Notes under the pieces: generated by a model
Seen by the model: only the letters and a program-made list of their open reading frames with translations
Told to the model about the DNA's origin: nothing
The model's database searches: none
DNA from: Lama glama
Lineage: Eukaryota
Assembly: GCA_028534125.1 (NCBI GenBank)
Contig: CM052818.1
Coordinates: 15,254,001-15,318,000, forward strand
DNA: 64,000 bases
Reading direction: 5' to 3'
In this document: one piece after another, positions 36,415 to 48,889 of the stretch
Layout of the letters: each line of letters starts with the position of its first letter
Numbering within the stretch: position 1 is the first letter of the stretch
Made by a program: the position numbers and the translations under genes

Positions 36415-37587
36415 GTTGCTTCAGACTGTGTTTGAGCATCTTCAGCTTTGAAGCTCGAAGATGTTTCCAAACTTGTGATACTGCTGAAAATGTTGCAACG
36501 GCTACTCTGACCCCCATTCCCACTGTCGAATAGTATATGGAGTGCTCAGTCCCAGGCAGGGACAAGCTTATTTGAATACGCTTTTCTAAGCAGCACCAGA
36601 ATCTTGAAGGCCATTTCAGGTCTTTTCTTTTGGCTCAGCTGTCTTCTTTTCAGCAGTATTTAAGGGATTCTCAACATTTAAGGTTTTTTTTTTTTTTTAA
36701 ATTGTAGGGCTTTATAGTGGTAATTATAAAGGATACATTGAAAATGATAATTCACACTCCAGAATACGGTTACATATAAAATAAACATATAAAATACATA
36801 CCTATGTATTATTCACATATAAAACATGCATGATCACATGTATAATAAATGATAAAAATGATATTTTGTGGTTCTAATATCTACCTTCCACCCTTGTACT
36901 GCAATGAACTGGTAAAGCCCCTCTGGGTGGGAATTGTCTCAGTTCTGGTCCTGTCCAGCCTGTCAATTTCTTCATCTTGGTTCTGTGTGTCGACCCATCA
37001 GTGCTTGATTCTGCTGACCTTCCACAGCATTCATTCTCTGCATTGGCAGGGTTGCCTCCTTATACATTAAGGTTCTTATACTAAATATAGATAATCCTCA
37101 TTATGTTTGTCTAGTTTCTCTAGGAAATAAACAGTTTACGTCAGCAGTATGCTTGCTTTCTTGCTCTGCTTGAATGGCATTTTATTCAAATATTTCTTGA
37201 ATGCCTGTGCTGTAAGTGTGCAAGATAGTGGATGAACAAAATAGATGGGGTTATTGCACTTGTCACGTTCACAACTCCTGCATAAATAAAGGCCCTGCTG
37301 GAACAGAAGGCATGTTGGTCGTCTTCAATATGCCACCTTCTAAATGCCTGTGAATCACTTGAGGAACAATCTCTCTGTGCATTGGTGTCTCTTTTCTGCT
37401 TGTTGGAGCGTTGGGATGGGGAAATAGTCCTCCCTGCCTAAGATAGTTTCTGTAGGACATTGAGAAGATTCCTTTTGTTGGTTTGGGTTAAGTGGTCATT
37501 TACAGTTTAAATATTTCTTATGTGCCTGTGTAGTATAGAATTTCTCTTTCTTTGAACTAAAACACTGTTATAAGTGGATGCCGTAGA

Positions 37588-37825
37588 AAGTTGACTCTTA
37601 AACAATGTGGGGTTAGGAGTGCTGACTTTACACACAGGTGAAAATCCATGTGTAATTTATAGTTGCTTTCTGTATATATGTGGTTCTTCCAGACCTGCTG
37701 TTTCTTGCATCTGCTGATTCAACCAACCGCCTATCATGTAGTACTGTAGCACTTACTATTGGAAAAAAAGTCCATGAATAAGTGGACCCATGCAGTTTAA
37801 ACCTGTGTCGTTCAAGAGTCAATGC
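37588..37825 (+). mobile_element. MER8 (TcMar-Tigger MITE)
   Basis: TIRs agttgactcttaaaca / ttcaagagtcaa; internal gattcaaccaaccgc...gtagtactgtag...aagtggacccatgcagtt. Confidence 0.85.
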
Positions 37826-38611
37826 ACTATGTCCTTGGTTGTCAGTTATATTTTGGCATTCTCTGTGCCGGTGTCCAAATCACCAGTTGGAGGAAGAGTA
37901 GAATAGATCATTGAAATTCTCTCTTTTAAAGGGAAATAAAGCCCATGTGCAACCACTGGACTGTTAAAATGTGTGTTTATTAAGAAAGAAGTATTTGAAT
38001 GAAAATCAACTTGAAACAAATTAGAAAAATTGAAGCTAATATGGAAGAGTACCTGCGGAAAGGTGCCAGTTTCTAGTTATATTATTCCAAATTGATAGTT
38101 AATATTTTAAAGCAATACCTTCACAGTTTATTTTTCTCCAGGGATACTCTGGTCATTGGAGTTGTACTATTTATTGATTAGATAGTGCTGAAAGTGGAAG
38201 ATGGGCACTGAGAGAGAAAATCCAAGAACTGCTGAATTTTACCTGAGGTTTCCAAGTTTGTGCATACACAGTGGTTTTATTCACTTATTCCTTTTTTGCT
38301 TCCCATCTTACTGCCAATGTACATTGTTTGTACAGATTTTTGTTTCTCTAGAGAAACCCTACTTCTAGCAGTATCTTACTATATCTCCAAACTTCTTTCA
38401 AAGCCTTTTATCTTAATTTCCAGCATGCATAATTTCATTTTTCTTCTTTCACTGCCAAATATCCTAATTGAAACTTTTATACTCACTCTCTCAGGTTTTC
38501 ACTGTCCACCAATTTATTGTCTTCAGAAACATGGACCATTCCCTGTGCTTTATGGAAACTACAATTGATTCTTCCATTGCCTCAAAGAAAACTTGGCCTT
38601 TTCTTTCAGTA

Positions 38612-38895
38612 GTGTGTTATTAATTGTCTATTCTTGTATGACAAGTTATCATAAACTTAGTGGCTTAAAACAACACACAATTTATTAGCCTACCATTTCT
38701 GTGGGCCAGGAATTTTGAGCACTGCCTCCCTGTGTTTTTTGCTTCAGGGTCTCTCAAAAGGCTGTAATGAAATCACTGGTCAGGGTTGGCATCTCATGTG
38801 AAGGTTCAGCTGGGGAAGGACTTTCTTCTGAGATTGCACAGTCATCGGCAGGGTACAGCTTCTTTAGGCTGTTGATTCAGAGGCCTCAGTTTTAA
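38612..38895 (-). mobile_element. MLT1E/F-type LTR fragment
   Basis: aaacttagtggcttaaaacaacacacaatttatt...ttctgtgggccaggaatt. Confidence 0.8.
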
Positions 38896-39299
38896 CATTC
38901 TTTGATCTCAAGTATGCTGAGTTTTCCTATGGGAATCTGTTTTCTTCTCCCATCTCAGTCCAACCAGACCATCACTTCATTCCCATTTTGCCATTTGCCA
39001 ACTCAGGACCTTACAGTAACTTTCAGTTGCTTTTGAGAAAAAAGCCTAGTATACCTCGTTCTGCTGTTGAAGGCTCTCCTTGTTCTGATCCAAATTCTAT
39101 CTCCAAGTTTACTTCAAAGTCCGCTACTTCATGGTCTTTCTAGCTTTGGCTAGACCAAGGTATCCAGTAATTACACCTTAATTTTCATCGCTTTTTTGGT
39201 TCACACTATACTCCTTGACTGATTGTCCTTCATACTTTCTTTGTGCTTATGTAATTCCAACCCATTCTTAGGAGTACAGCTGAGCTTTTGTCTTCATAG

Positions 39300-39512
39300 C
39301 ACAGATAATAGTGTACTGGTTTTAAATTCAGAAATGTTAGGGTCCAAATTCTGGCATTCTATATATAAACTTTGTTAGGAATATTTAAACTCTTTAACAT
39401 AAGGGTATAACCACCTAACTCATTGGTAATTGTAAAGATTACATAAGATAATATGTTAGGTGCTTAATACAGTCCCTGGTACCTAACAAGAAACACAAAA
39501 ATTATTGTTATT
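39300..39512 (+). mobile_element. MIR SINE (degenerate)
   Basis: gggtccaaattctggc...ttgtaaagatta...gtgcttaatacagtccctggtacctaa. Confidence 0.6.
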
Positions 39513-39859
39513 CCTGACTTTTTCTAACCTGTTTTAATTTTTCTTGATGTAATCTATGGCATGTTGTTTGTTGGTCCTACTGATGTAACACATTTTTTTC
39601 TGCCTCTCATGGTTGGTTGACTATTTTTTCTTTTATAATACCCTAAATTGTACATTTCTTAAGGGCAGCAACAATGCTTTATATCCCTTTTATATTTCTC
39701 TCATCCTTTACAATACTGCTTTGCAGCGCATTGGTTAATTTCTCCTAAATTTGTCATCCATGTTTATGGTGCTGTGACTATGTGCTTTCTGCCCAGCTTT
39801 TCTTCTCATTCTCACCCTATCACTTTTTTTTCTTTTTGGCGAAGCCCTGAGCATCTCAA

Positions 39860-40665
39860 TTATTCATTCAACAGACATTTATTGAGAGCTTACAATATTC
39901 TAGCCATAGTGCTCTACTCTGAGGATGCATTCATGAGCTAAAACCACTGTCTTTTCTGACTCGTGGACTATACAGCCTATTTGGGGGGAAACTGACATTG
40001 ATCAAATATTTGCAGAAACAGATACACATGGCTCCATGAGAAAACTGACATATCAAGTAATCATTCAAAGTTACATGGCATGATGAGCTACTATAATAGG
40101 GAAATCTGACAGGGCTATTTGATACCTGAAGAATGAATAAAAGTCATCTGGATGAAGAGATGATGGAGGAGCCTGATGTGGGAAGGAGCATGATGACCAA
40201 GGTCGAGGGCAGAGCTTGGTTCTAAAATTAGGACAGTGAGCCTAGGGGTGAGTCAGGTCAGGAGTTGGGGAAATGAACATAAGAGCCACAGTTTGACCAC
40301 CTGCCTCACACACATCACAATCTTGGTTTATTATGCTTTCTCTCGTCATACTTTTAGTAGTTGTCATGTCAACATGTTACCTTAAAATAGTTGAGGAGGT
40401 GCCTGTTTTGGAGAATGTAATTGGGGGAGTAATCACAACTCCAGTTTTCAGCAATAGGAACTGAAAGACCAGTGTAGGTAGACTACAGAGAGTAGGTGGG
40501 ACCGTGGGACTAAATAGGCTTGGAGGAGTAGCAGATCATACAGGGAATTATATTCCAGATTAAGAAGATTTGTCCAAAGGGAAATTACGAGATAGTTTTA
40601 AACTGGGAGTTACGAGATCAGATTTGCATTTTGAAAGCAAAGTCTTTGGCTACTACGTGGAGGAG
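39860..40665 (-). mobile_element. L2 LINE fragments
   Basis: ttcattcaacagacatttattgagagc (3' end) and gatcagatttgcattttgaaag...tggctactacgtggagg. Confidence 0.7.
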
Positions 40666-40782
40666 GAGGACTTCCCTGTATCACGTTTTATCACTTGCTT
40701 TTGTGTGAACAGGATGTCATTATATAATTAATGTTAATTTTAATCTGTCTCATATTATAGAATTGTCCCTCATTCAGCTATA

Positions 40783-43625
40783 TGCTACAGTAATTAAGAT
40801 TTGATTTGCTGTTAGCAGCAGAAGCCTAAACAAATAGCATCTTAAACAGAAGTTTGTTTTTCTCTCACGTAAAGGAACCTGAAAGTAGACATTCCAGGAT
40901 TACTATGAAAGCTTACGAGGCATCAAGGAACAGTGAACTTCTTGTCTACCATCTTAGTGTGCACTGCCTCATGGCCCAAGTGGGCCATTTGAATTCCAGA
41001 CATCACATTGGTTTTCTAGTAAGCAAGAAGGAGAAGGGTTTGATGAATGGCATATCTTCTCCCTTTAAGGACATTTTCTGGAAATTACACATGATGTTTC
41101 CATCTTTTGGAACTTCATTATATGCCAACACCCAGTTCCAAAAGATGCTGGGGTATATAGTAAATTTTCTGTGGTGCCAGGTACCTTAGCTAAAAGTGAA
41201 TGTTTCCGTTCCTATGGACAAAAGGGAATATGAATATTTGGGACAAATTTGGACCCCATGTTTTGTGCCCACATTCTCTTCATTCTTAGAGAGCTAGCCC
41301 TGAATCCCATTAAGTTACTAATTCCAATTCAAAGTCCAAGATCTCTGGAGATAGGCAAGCCTATCCATCAGGTCTCGGTATGACTCCTTAGTTCTGGTGA
41401 CCTCAAAATTCAAAACAAGTTGTCTTCCATAACACATCCAACATTCAGTAGTGGAGAAGAACCAGGCTAATTTCAATAAAATACCCCATTCAGAAATGGG
41501 GAGAATGGGAAACGCCCATCAGTCACTGAGTTACCACCCAGACCTCTAGCTCTTTGGGAGGAACTGTTATCCATTGTCCTCTGTGGTTCTGGCTTTGTGC
41601 CAGAGAAGATTTTTTCCATTTCCATTTACCTCCAAGGACATCTCTGAGGGCAGCAATGGGTTGTCTTGAGGGCCTTGAAATCTTTTCAGATCCCTTACTG
41701 TTTTGCTGTCTTGGGGGTGAGAGGCTCAGGAATTGTAATTTGAAGGCCAGACAGTTACAGATTTGTATTTTCCACATATGGTTATAATGATGCCTCTCAT
41801 CACATCCAGTTCTTCTTACAACCTGGCTCTTTCCCCATCAAGAAGTAGAGTCTATGGCCCCCTCTCCTGGAAACTTGGAGCTTTGTGACTACTTCAACCA
41901 ACAGAATATGGTAGAATGGCATCATGTGACTTTCAAGGCTAGGTTGTAAAAGATGATACAGCTTCTACCTGACTCTGGCGTACTTACCCCTTGGAAACCA
42001 GTCGCCATGTTACAAGGAAGGGCAGGCCATGTGGAGAGGTCACATGAAGTATTCTGAATTGCAGACTTAGTTGAAGTTTTAGCCCACAGCCAGTGTCAAC
42101 CACCACCAAACACATGAATGAAGAAACTGTTAAGATGACTTGAGCACCAGACCCTATCTAATTTTAACTACATGAGTGCCTTTAAGTGTGAACCACCTAA
42201 TTGAGCACAGTTATCTCCCAGAACTGTGAGGGATGACAGTTATAGCAATAAAATATTGTTGTAGTTTCATACTACTAAGTTAAGAGTGGTTTGTTAGGCT
42301 GTGAAAAATAATTAATATGAGATAGATGCAGACTGGGCATGAAGATTTTGCCAATACAACTCTCTAACATAAAATGAAACAGAAAAACAGGCTTTCAGTG
42401 TACCCACTTCTGGTCAATTCCATGTGTAAGTGACTACAGTCAAAGTCTTGAATAAACCTGATTTTTAAGACTGATTTTTTAAAGACTTTTGATCTCTCTC
42501 CTCCCACTCTTCATGTTAATGGTGACTTTCTTGTGACTGCCTGAAATAACTCATCGGAGGTGAAGGAAACACCCTTAATACCATCTTTGCCAGTATGTTC
42601 AGCCTTTGTATGGTGGGCATACATATAATCTGCCAGAGTCTTAAACTTCTTAGCTATCCCCCTATCTCCCCTTGCTGCTTCAGAATGAGATACTGAAGCT
42701 ATAAACCTTTTCAACTAGCAATGTTCTGAATCACTGAATTCTCAATAAACCTAGATTTCAGGAGGTAGGCAGAGGGTGCCTCCTGTAGCAGTGATGAATT
42801 CCCTTCCATCTGGGCTTGCACGCTGGCTAGCTTTGGCCTGAACTTAACTTTTTCTTGTAGATTTCTGCTAAAAGTGGAAAGAAGTAGCCAACAATCACCA
42901 ACTAGAATCTTTTGGTTCTGAATCTTTTCTGTCATTTCCCTTAGAGCTACATGCCTTGTTGGGCGTGTGGTCTGCCTTGCAAGGTGAACAAGTTTCAGTT
43001 TGACTAAGAATTTTGACTGCCCCAGAGCAGTGCCATTATAAAACAAAGGTCACTCAATTTTTACTCTGCAGTAACTAGATCCTTATCACTGGATGTCTAC
43101 CACATCCATTAAATCAAGACTTTTTTTTTTTTTTAAGTACCCTTTTTTTTTTGTTTTTTTTGTTTGTTTGTTTTTGCAGCACCCACTTCTAGGTACCTAC
43201 CTTCTGAATCACTTTGGATTAGATTCAGTTATTAGTAACAGATAAATCAAAATAACAGTGGCTTACAAAAGATAGAATTATTTTTCTGTGTAATGTAGAA
43301 GACCAGAGATGGGCAATTTGGGATTTGTATGGTTCCATAATTACCAGGATTCAGCTCCTTCTATCTTGATGCTTTGACATTCTTAACCTGCTGCCTCATG
43401 ATCTAGAATAGCTGCTTGAGCCCCAGTCATCATGCCCACTTTCTAGCTAGTAGTAAGGAGAAAGGAAGCAAAGAAGGGCTTGCCTTTTTCCTTTAATGGT
43501 ACTTATCAGAAGTTGCACACACAACTTCCACTTCTGTCCCATTGGCTAGCAATTAGTTACCTGGCTACACTCAAGTAGGAGGGATGGTGGGAAATGTCTA
43601 TTGTGGGTGGTCATGTACCCGGATT
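40783..43625 (-). mobile_element. Two-LTR MaLR provirus (MLT1K/L-like) with internal region
   Basis: Homologous LTRs at ~40783-41250 and ~43205-43625; internal start ggtacctagaagtgggtgctgc (minus, 43197-43176); gag-like relic CWLLLSTFSRNLQEKVKFRPKLASVQAQMEG (ORF 42711..43046). Confidence 0.8.
41785..42318 (+). mobile_element. MLT1G/H-type solo LTR nested in the MaLR internal region
   Basis: ccatcaagaagtagagtctat...accaacagaatatggtagaa...gtgactttcaaggctagg...cccagaactgtgag...ctaagtt...gtggtttgtta. Confidence 0.85.
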
Positions 43626-44184
43626 AGCTCTTACTTACATCCTCTTTAATATCACAAACTATGTTTCATATTTCCTTTATATAGTTTTCTTAGACATTTA
43701 AACTCTTAAATGAACTATGCCATGTAAGGAAAACATTACTGGGACTTAATCAGAAAGGAGGCATTTTGGGATGATAAAGCTAAGAAAATCAAGCCTTGCC
43801 TGTGTCCTTGGGATCTGGACTCCCAGGACCTCACTCACACTAAATCCTCCCTACCAACCCTCATTAACCATTTTCACAGAAAGCACTGGTCTTCCCAGAA
43901 GGATTTATTATTTAAGTTTTGTGGAGGCAATTAGAAGTTTATAGTAAGATTTAAATTTGATAAGAACCCTAGTGGCCTTTTCTGTATTTCAACTCAAAAA
44001 CCTGACCAAGTTTGTTTTCTCCCTGTAGTTTAACAAACTTTGTCAAATCTGACACTTCAAGAGTAAGTTTTTGCCTGAAATAAAACTTGTTTATCAACAA
44101 TAAGTCGATAGGAGATGATGACTTTTCTCTCATTATATCTAACAGGGAAGCTTAATGAAGTATTCGGGTGATAAAAACTCACCA

Positions 44185-45150
44185 AATTCATTCATTCAGA
44201 AATGTAAGCTGAGAACTTACTATGTAACAGCACTAGCTGTTGGGGGTTAGTGGTGAGCAAAACAGTCCCTGTCTTGACTGGTAGGCTGAGTGATGGCCCA
44301 CAGATTCCAAGTCCTAATCCATGAGCCTGTGAGTATGTTACCTTACATGGCAAAAGACAGTTTGCAAAAGTGATGGAGTTGAGGATCTTGAGATGGGAGT
44401 TTATCCTGGATTATCTGGGTGGGCTCTAGATGCAGTGACAGGTGTCCTTATAAGAAGATACAGGGATATTTGAGAAAAGCGAATGAAGGTAATATGACGA
44501 CGGAAGCAGGGGTAGAAAAGGGCAGTGTGATATGGAGCCATGAGCCAAGGAGAGAAGACAGCCTCCAGAGGTGGGGAAAAGCAGTGTAAAGTGTTCTCCC
44601 CTGGAGCCTCCAGAGGAAGCATGTCCCTACTCACACCTTGTTTCAGCCTAGTGAAGCTGACTGCCGGTCTCCGGGACTGTGAGAGAAGATATTTCTGTTG
44701 TTGGAAATCACCAATTTTTGGTCATTTGTTATGGCCGCAGGAAACAAATACACTGTTTTTCACAGAGTTGGCAATCTAGTGGGTTAAAAGGCAATTAAAA
44801 TGAAGTATGAAATGATACCTCATCACAAACTTGTAAAAGCAGTGTGGGTTAGTCTCGGTAAGACAGTCGGGGAGGGCAAAATCAGAGATAGTGGGAAGTA
44901 CTGAGTTTTGAGAAGTCATTCAGTCTCTTTGAAGAGGAGAATGCTTTTAGGGAGGAGAGGGATTGGGGCAAGAAATGAGGCTGAATGAACCAGTAAGCAG
45001 GTGCTACATGAGGAAGGCACAAGTTATGCTAAGGAGTTTGGGTTTCATTCTTAGACTTGGGGAGCCATTCAAGAGTTTTGAGCAGAGTTGTGGCATAATT
45101 AGGTCTGCATTAAAACAAACAAACAAACAAAAACTTCTCAGGCTATAGGG
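44185..45150 (-). mobile_element. L2 LINE 3' region interrupted by an MLT1 LTR
   Basis: attcattcattca...gtggtgagcaaaacagtccctg, resuming after the LTR with cacagagttggcaatctagtggg; taaggagtttgg...ggggagccatt. Confidence 0.7.
44277..44752 (+). mobile_element. MLT1C/D solo LTR, near full length
   Basis: tatgttaccttacatggcaaaag...gatcttgagatggg...tatcctggattatctgggtgggc...ggagcctccagagg...ggaaacaaataca. Confidence 0.9.
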
Positions 45151-45477
45151 CTGGTTATTGGAAAGTTCCTAATTCTATATCACTCTTTTCAGGACCCACT
45201 CTTTGACCTTTGAGATTCATATACATCAGACATTTTATATTACTTGTCTCTTTTCCTAACAATTAACATTCAGTTCCAAGTCTCTTGTTTTGCATATCTG
45301 CACCTCCATGGATCTTTCTTGCTTCCTCTCCTCCTAAACTCCAGACACATATGTCCATATATTTACTCAGCATTTACACTTAGTAATACATTTCTCAAAT
45401 TTACCATTCTAAAACTCATCCCTAGATCAGTTCCACAAACCTGTTCCACATCTCAGTAAATGACAACTCCTTTATCT

Positions 45478-46305
45478 TTTAAAGACTATTTTTTTAGAGA
45501 AATTTTAAGTTTATAATAAAATTAAGAAGAAGGCATAGAGATTTCCCATATAATCCCTGCCCCCACACATACATAGCCTCCCCCATTATCAACATCACTC
45601 ACCAGAGTGGTATATTTTTTACTAAAGATAAACCAACATTGACACATCATAATCATCTGAAGTCCATAGTTTGCCTGAGTTCACTCTTGGTCCTGTGCAT
45701 TCACTGGGTTTGGGCAAATGGATAATGGCATATGTCTATCATTATAATATCACACAGTATTTTCATTGCCCTGATAATCCTCTGTGCTCTGTCTACTCAC
45801 CTCTAATCTCCTCCGCACACCCCTGCTCACTCTCCAACAATCTCTGATCTTTTCACTGTCCCTATAGTTTTGCCTTTCTCAGAATGTCATATAATTGGAA
45901 TCATATATTTCGTAGACTTCATTTTTCTTTCACTAAGTAATATGCATTTAAGTTTTCTCCATGTGTTTTCATGGCTTGATAGCTCATTTCTTTTTAGAAC
46001 TGAATGATACTCCATTGCTTCAGCTTACTTACCCATTCACCTACTGGAAGACATCTCTGTGTCTCCCAAGTTTTGGCAATTATGAATAATGCTGCTACAA
46101 ATACCCATGTGCAGATTTTTGTGTGGACAAAAGTTTTTAGGTCATTTGGGTAAATAGTAAGGGGCATAATTGCTGGGGCATAAATAGTAAGGGATCATAT
46201 GGTAAGAGTATGTTTAATTTTGTAAGAAACCACTGAACTCCCTTCCAAAGTGGCTGTAGCATTTTGCATTCCAACTAGCAATGTATAAATTTCCTGTTGC
46301 ACATT
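45478..46305 (-). mobile_element. L1MC1-like 3' region
   Basis: agagatttcccatata..ccctgcccccacacat...cccattatcaacatc...accagagtggta...acattgacacatcataatca. Confidence 0.85.
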
Positions 46306-46309
46306 CCCC

Positions 46310-46575
46310 ATGTGTGCTGGGGATGGGGAAGGACTTCAGGTACCTCATCTGACCTGAGGCATGCCTATCGCTTGAGCATCTCCTCCAGCATCTTGCTGCA
46401 GAGCATCCTACTGCCTATAATGCATAAGAAGTCCATGCACGACTGGGTGATCTTACGCTCTAGGTGTACTGGCCATGGGTGCAGTTTAAGGTGATGCCAG
46501 TTAGAGATGGGGAGGCTCAGTGGGAGTTTCCTCGTGACTGTACTTCCAGACAGGAATCCAGACACTCCTTGTCAA
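46310..46575 (-). pseudogene. Possible processed-pseudogene fragment, parent not recognised
   Basis: GC-rich island in AT-rich DNA with codon-like minus-strand text (aag atg ctg gag gag atg ctc aag; ORF 46365..46565). Confidence 0.3.
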
Positions 46576-47159
46576 ACACTAGATATTTTTGTCCATTCGC
46601 CATAAATGGGTCCTGTCAGTAATCTCCAAGCTCTGTGCAGGGTTCTCTTTTACCAGTATATGTGTTCTGCAAATCAGGGCTTCATCATTATTTTGAAATA
46701 CTTGATATGAAAAGTTCAGTTGGATTGAAAAATCTCTTCATATTATAAAAATTGCAGTTACATTTGTCAGTGGAAGTGCTCTTAAATTCTTTCAATATAA
46801 TTTCAGCTGTTGTAAATTTTTGAATGGTTGCATAAAAGGATTTACACTTTAAAAAATCATCTATTAGTAAGAATAAAGTTTCTCTCTATGGTGCCCATCA
46901 AAAATTTATAGAGATCATTAAAATGTCTGGAACAGAAGTTGAATAAAACCATTCAAACTATGGCCGTGCACATAACTTGTTAATTCAAGGTTTTTTTAAA
47001 AAATGGTTAAAATGGCTTCATTAAAAATGGTTGAAAGATTTTAATTGGAAATTTTACAAAAATTCTGTGTTTAATGCCCTCTCTAACTTTTTGCATTTTA
47101 TTTTTCTTACCTTAATAATACAAGGAAAAGGTAATGAGTTTTTATTTAGGAGGTTCATA

Positions 47160-47260
47160 TAGAGGTTTCTCAGTCCTCTTTAGTTTACCTCAGTGTGCTA
47201 CACAAATATTACCATTTTCTCAGTGTTCTTTGGCATGAAGAAAGTTGGAGACTCCTATCC
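47160..47260 (+). mobile_element. hAT-Charlie terminal fragment (Charlie4-like)
   Basis: gtgtgctacacaaatattaccattttct...ggcatgaagaaagttgg. Confidence 0.45.
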
Positions 47261-48734
47261 TATGCTATCTGTTTCTTCTTTTCTTTTTTATAATTTTAAA
47301 TTATTTTAAAATGTATTTTTACTTTTTATTTTTATTGAAGTCTAGTTGACTTACAATGTTGTGGTAGTTTCTGGCCAGGAAAGTTGCCCCTGCCATTTCC
47401 AGCTCAGAGATGCTGTCAGGCAGGACAGACAAAGCCATTTTGACTCATGAAATCTTGGACTACTCATATTATTAACAGGCTGGTGAATGGGAGGCAGACA
47501 CCATACCCCCAATTCTTAAAAATCATCAGTAAACCCAACCTTCTAAAATTCCTAATCTACAATCCAAACCTTTCCATATATGGTCTAGGTAATTGCCCTT
47601 TGTATTATCCCCTGTACTTCTTTTTCACTTGTGATTACGAGGATGTTGGGACTGCATATTTGCTTCCTTTTTATCACGTCTGATTCTCCTTAAGTGTCTT
47701 ATTGACCAGGACACTTGTTCTTCTTGAGGACTGAATCATGGTTAGCTAATTCTACTGATAAAACACATTATAATTTTTGTAAAAGAAACATGCAAACTAT
47801 TCTCAAATGTGCATTGTCTTATAACTATGCCTTTTCTTTTTAAAAACCTCTAATCAAATACATTTTATACATTGATTATTTAACCCAATGTGTTCCCTTT
47901 CTGTTGATCAGTACATTTCCCTTTGATTAGTGCTGTCAATCAGACTCTATCTTAAGGCCTGAGGAGGGAGAAACCTGGTTCCTGGTAATATTCAGAAGTC
48001 TAGTATATTCCCCATCATCTTTTATCTAAAATTGTATTCCGAACGTGGTAATTCCTATCCAGAGAGAACTCTAGGCAGAAGACAGGCAAGCAGTTTAGGC
48101 CATGTGTAGCTACTAAATTTTTTTTTTCCAAATCCAAAGATAATCTCAATTATTTTCCTTTGAATCTTATTTTTTCCGACTACACTATTGCTCTGCATAG
48201 ACCTGGTTCTTCTCGGTCAGATTGATACTCAGTTTCATAAAGTCGCCTGCCTCTAATGACACCTAAATGCTTGGTGAGATTAGAATGCCTTCTCTCTTCT
48301 CATTACCCATGTCTAAAAGGGAAATTCACTCTGAAAGATGTGAGTTTATTTTTCCTTTTGAGAAGCCAGTGAAGATCGACTGAAATGTGAGGATTGGCAA
48401 CGTTGTTTTCCGCTATGCTGTCTATACAGCATTTGCAGCTAAATTATTAACTGGCTTAATTTTATTCACAAAGACAACCATAGCTTGCTTTTCACATTTT
48501 CATAACCTAACGTGCCATGGATATTCCCCAATGCATTGTTAAAGGAGTGCCTACAAGATCAGATTCCTTTAGCCAGAACCCCGCACTAAGAACAGTTCTC
48601 TGTGGAAGAGGCGCTTTGTCCTGTGGTATGGACAGTGGGAAAGAGCTGGTTGGCAACAGAGTACAGCTTGGACACAGCAGTTCTGATTCGTAGAGGTATG
48701 GCCTTCTTCCATGAAATCTGAGTGTTCCTCTCAC

Positions 48735-48880
48735 AGCAGTCTATGCACCACACTATCAGAATCCCTGGGGATGTGTTAAACACATGCAGATTTCCAAATC
48801 CCATTCCAAACCATGTGAATGAGATTCTTTGAAGGTGAGACTGGGGAATCTGAACTTGTAAAAGCACTTAAGGGGATTCT
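48735..48880 (+). mobile_element. MER5-type hAT MITE, truncated by L1
   Basis: atcagaatccctgggg...gttaaa..atgcagatt...ggaatctg...ggggattct. Confidence 0.7.
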
Positions 48881-48889
48881 TTCTTTTGT

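Noticed and set aside
36134..36565. 143-aa minus-strand ORF
   Set aside because: Mostly antisense through an MLT2 LTR, with no protein motif.
46640..47150. AT-rich stretch that may be hAT transposase remains
   Set aside because: I could not match a family or terminal repeats by eye.
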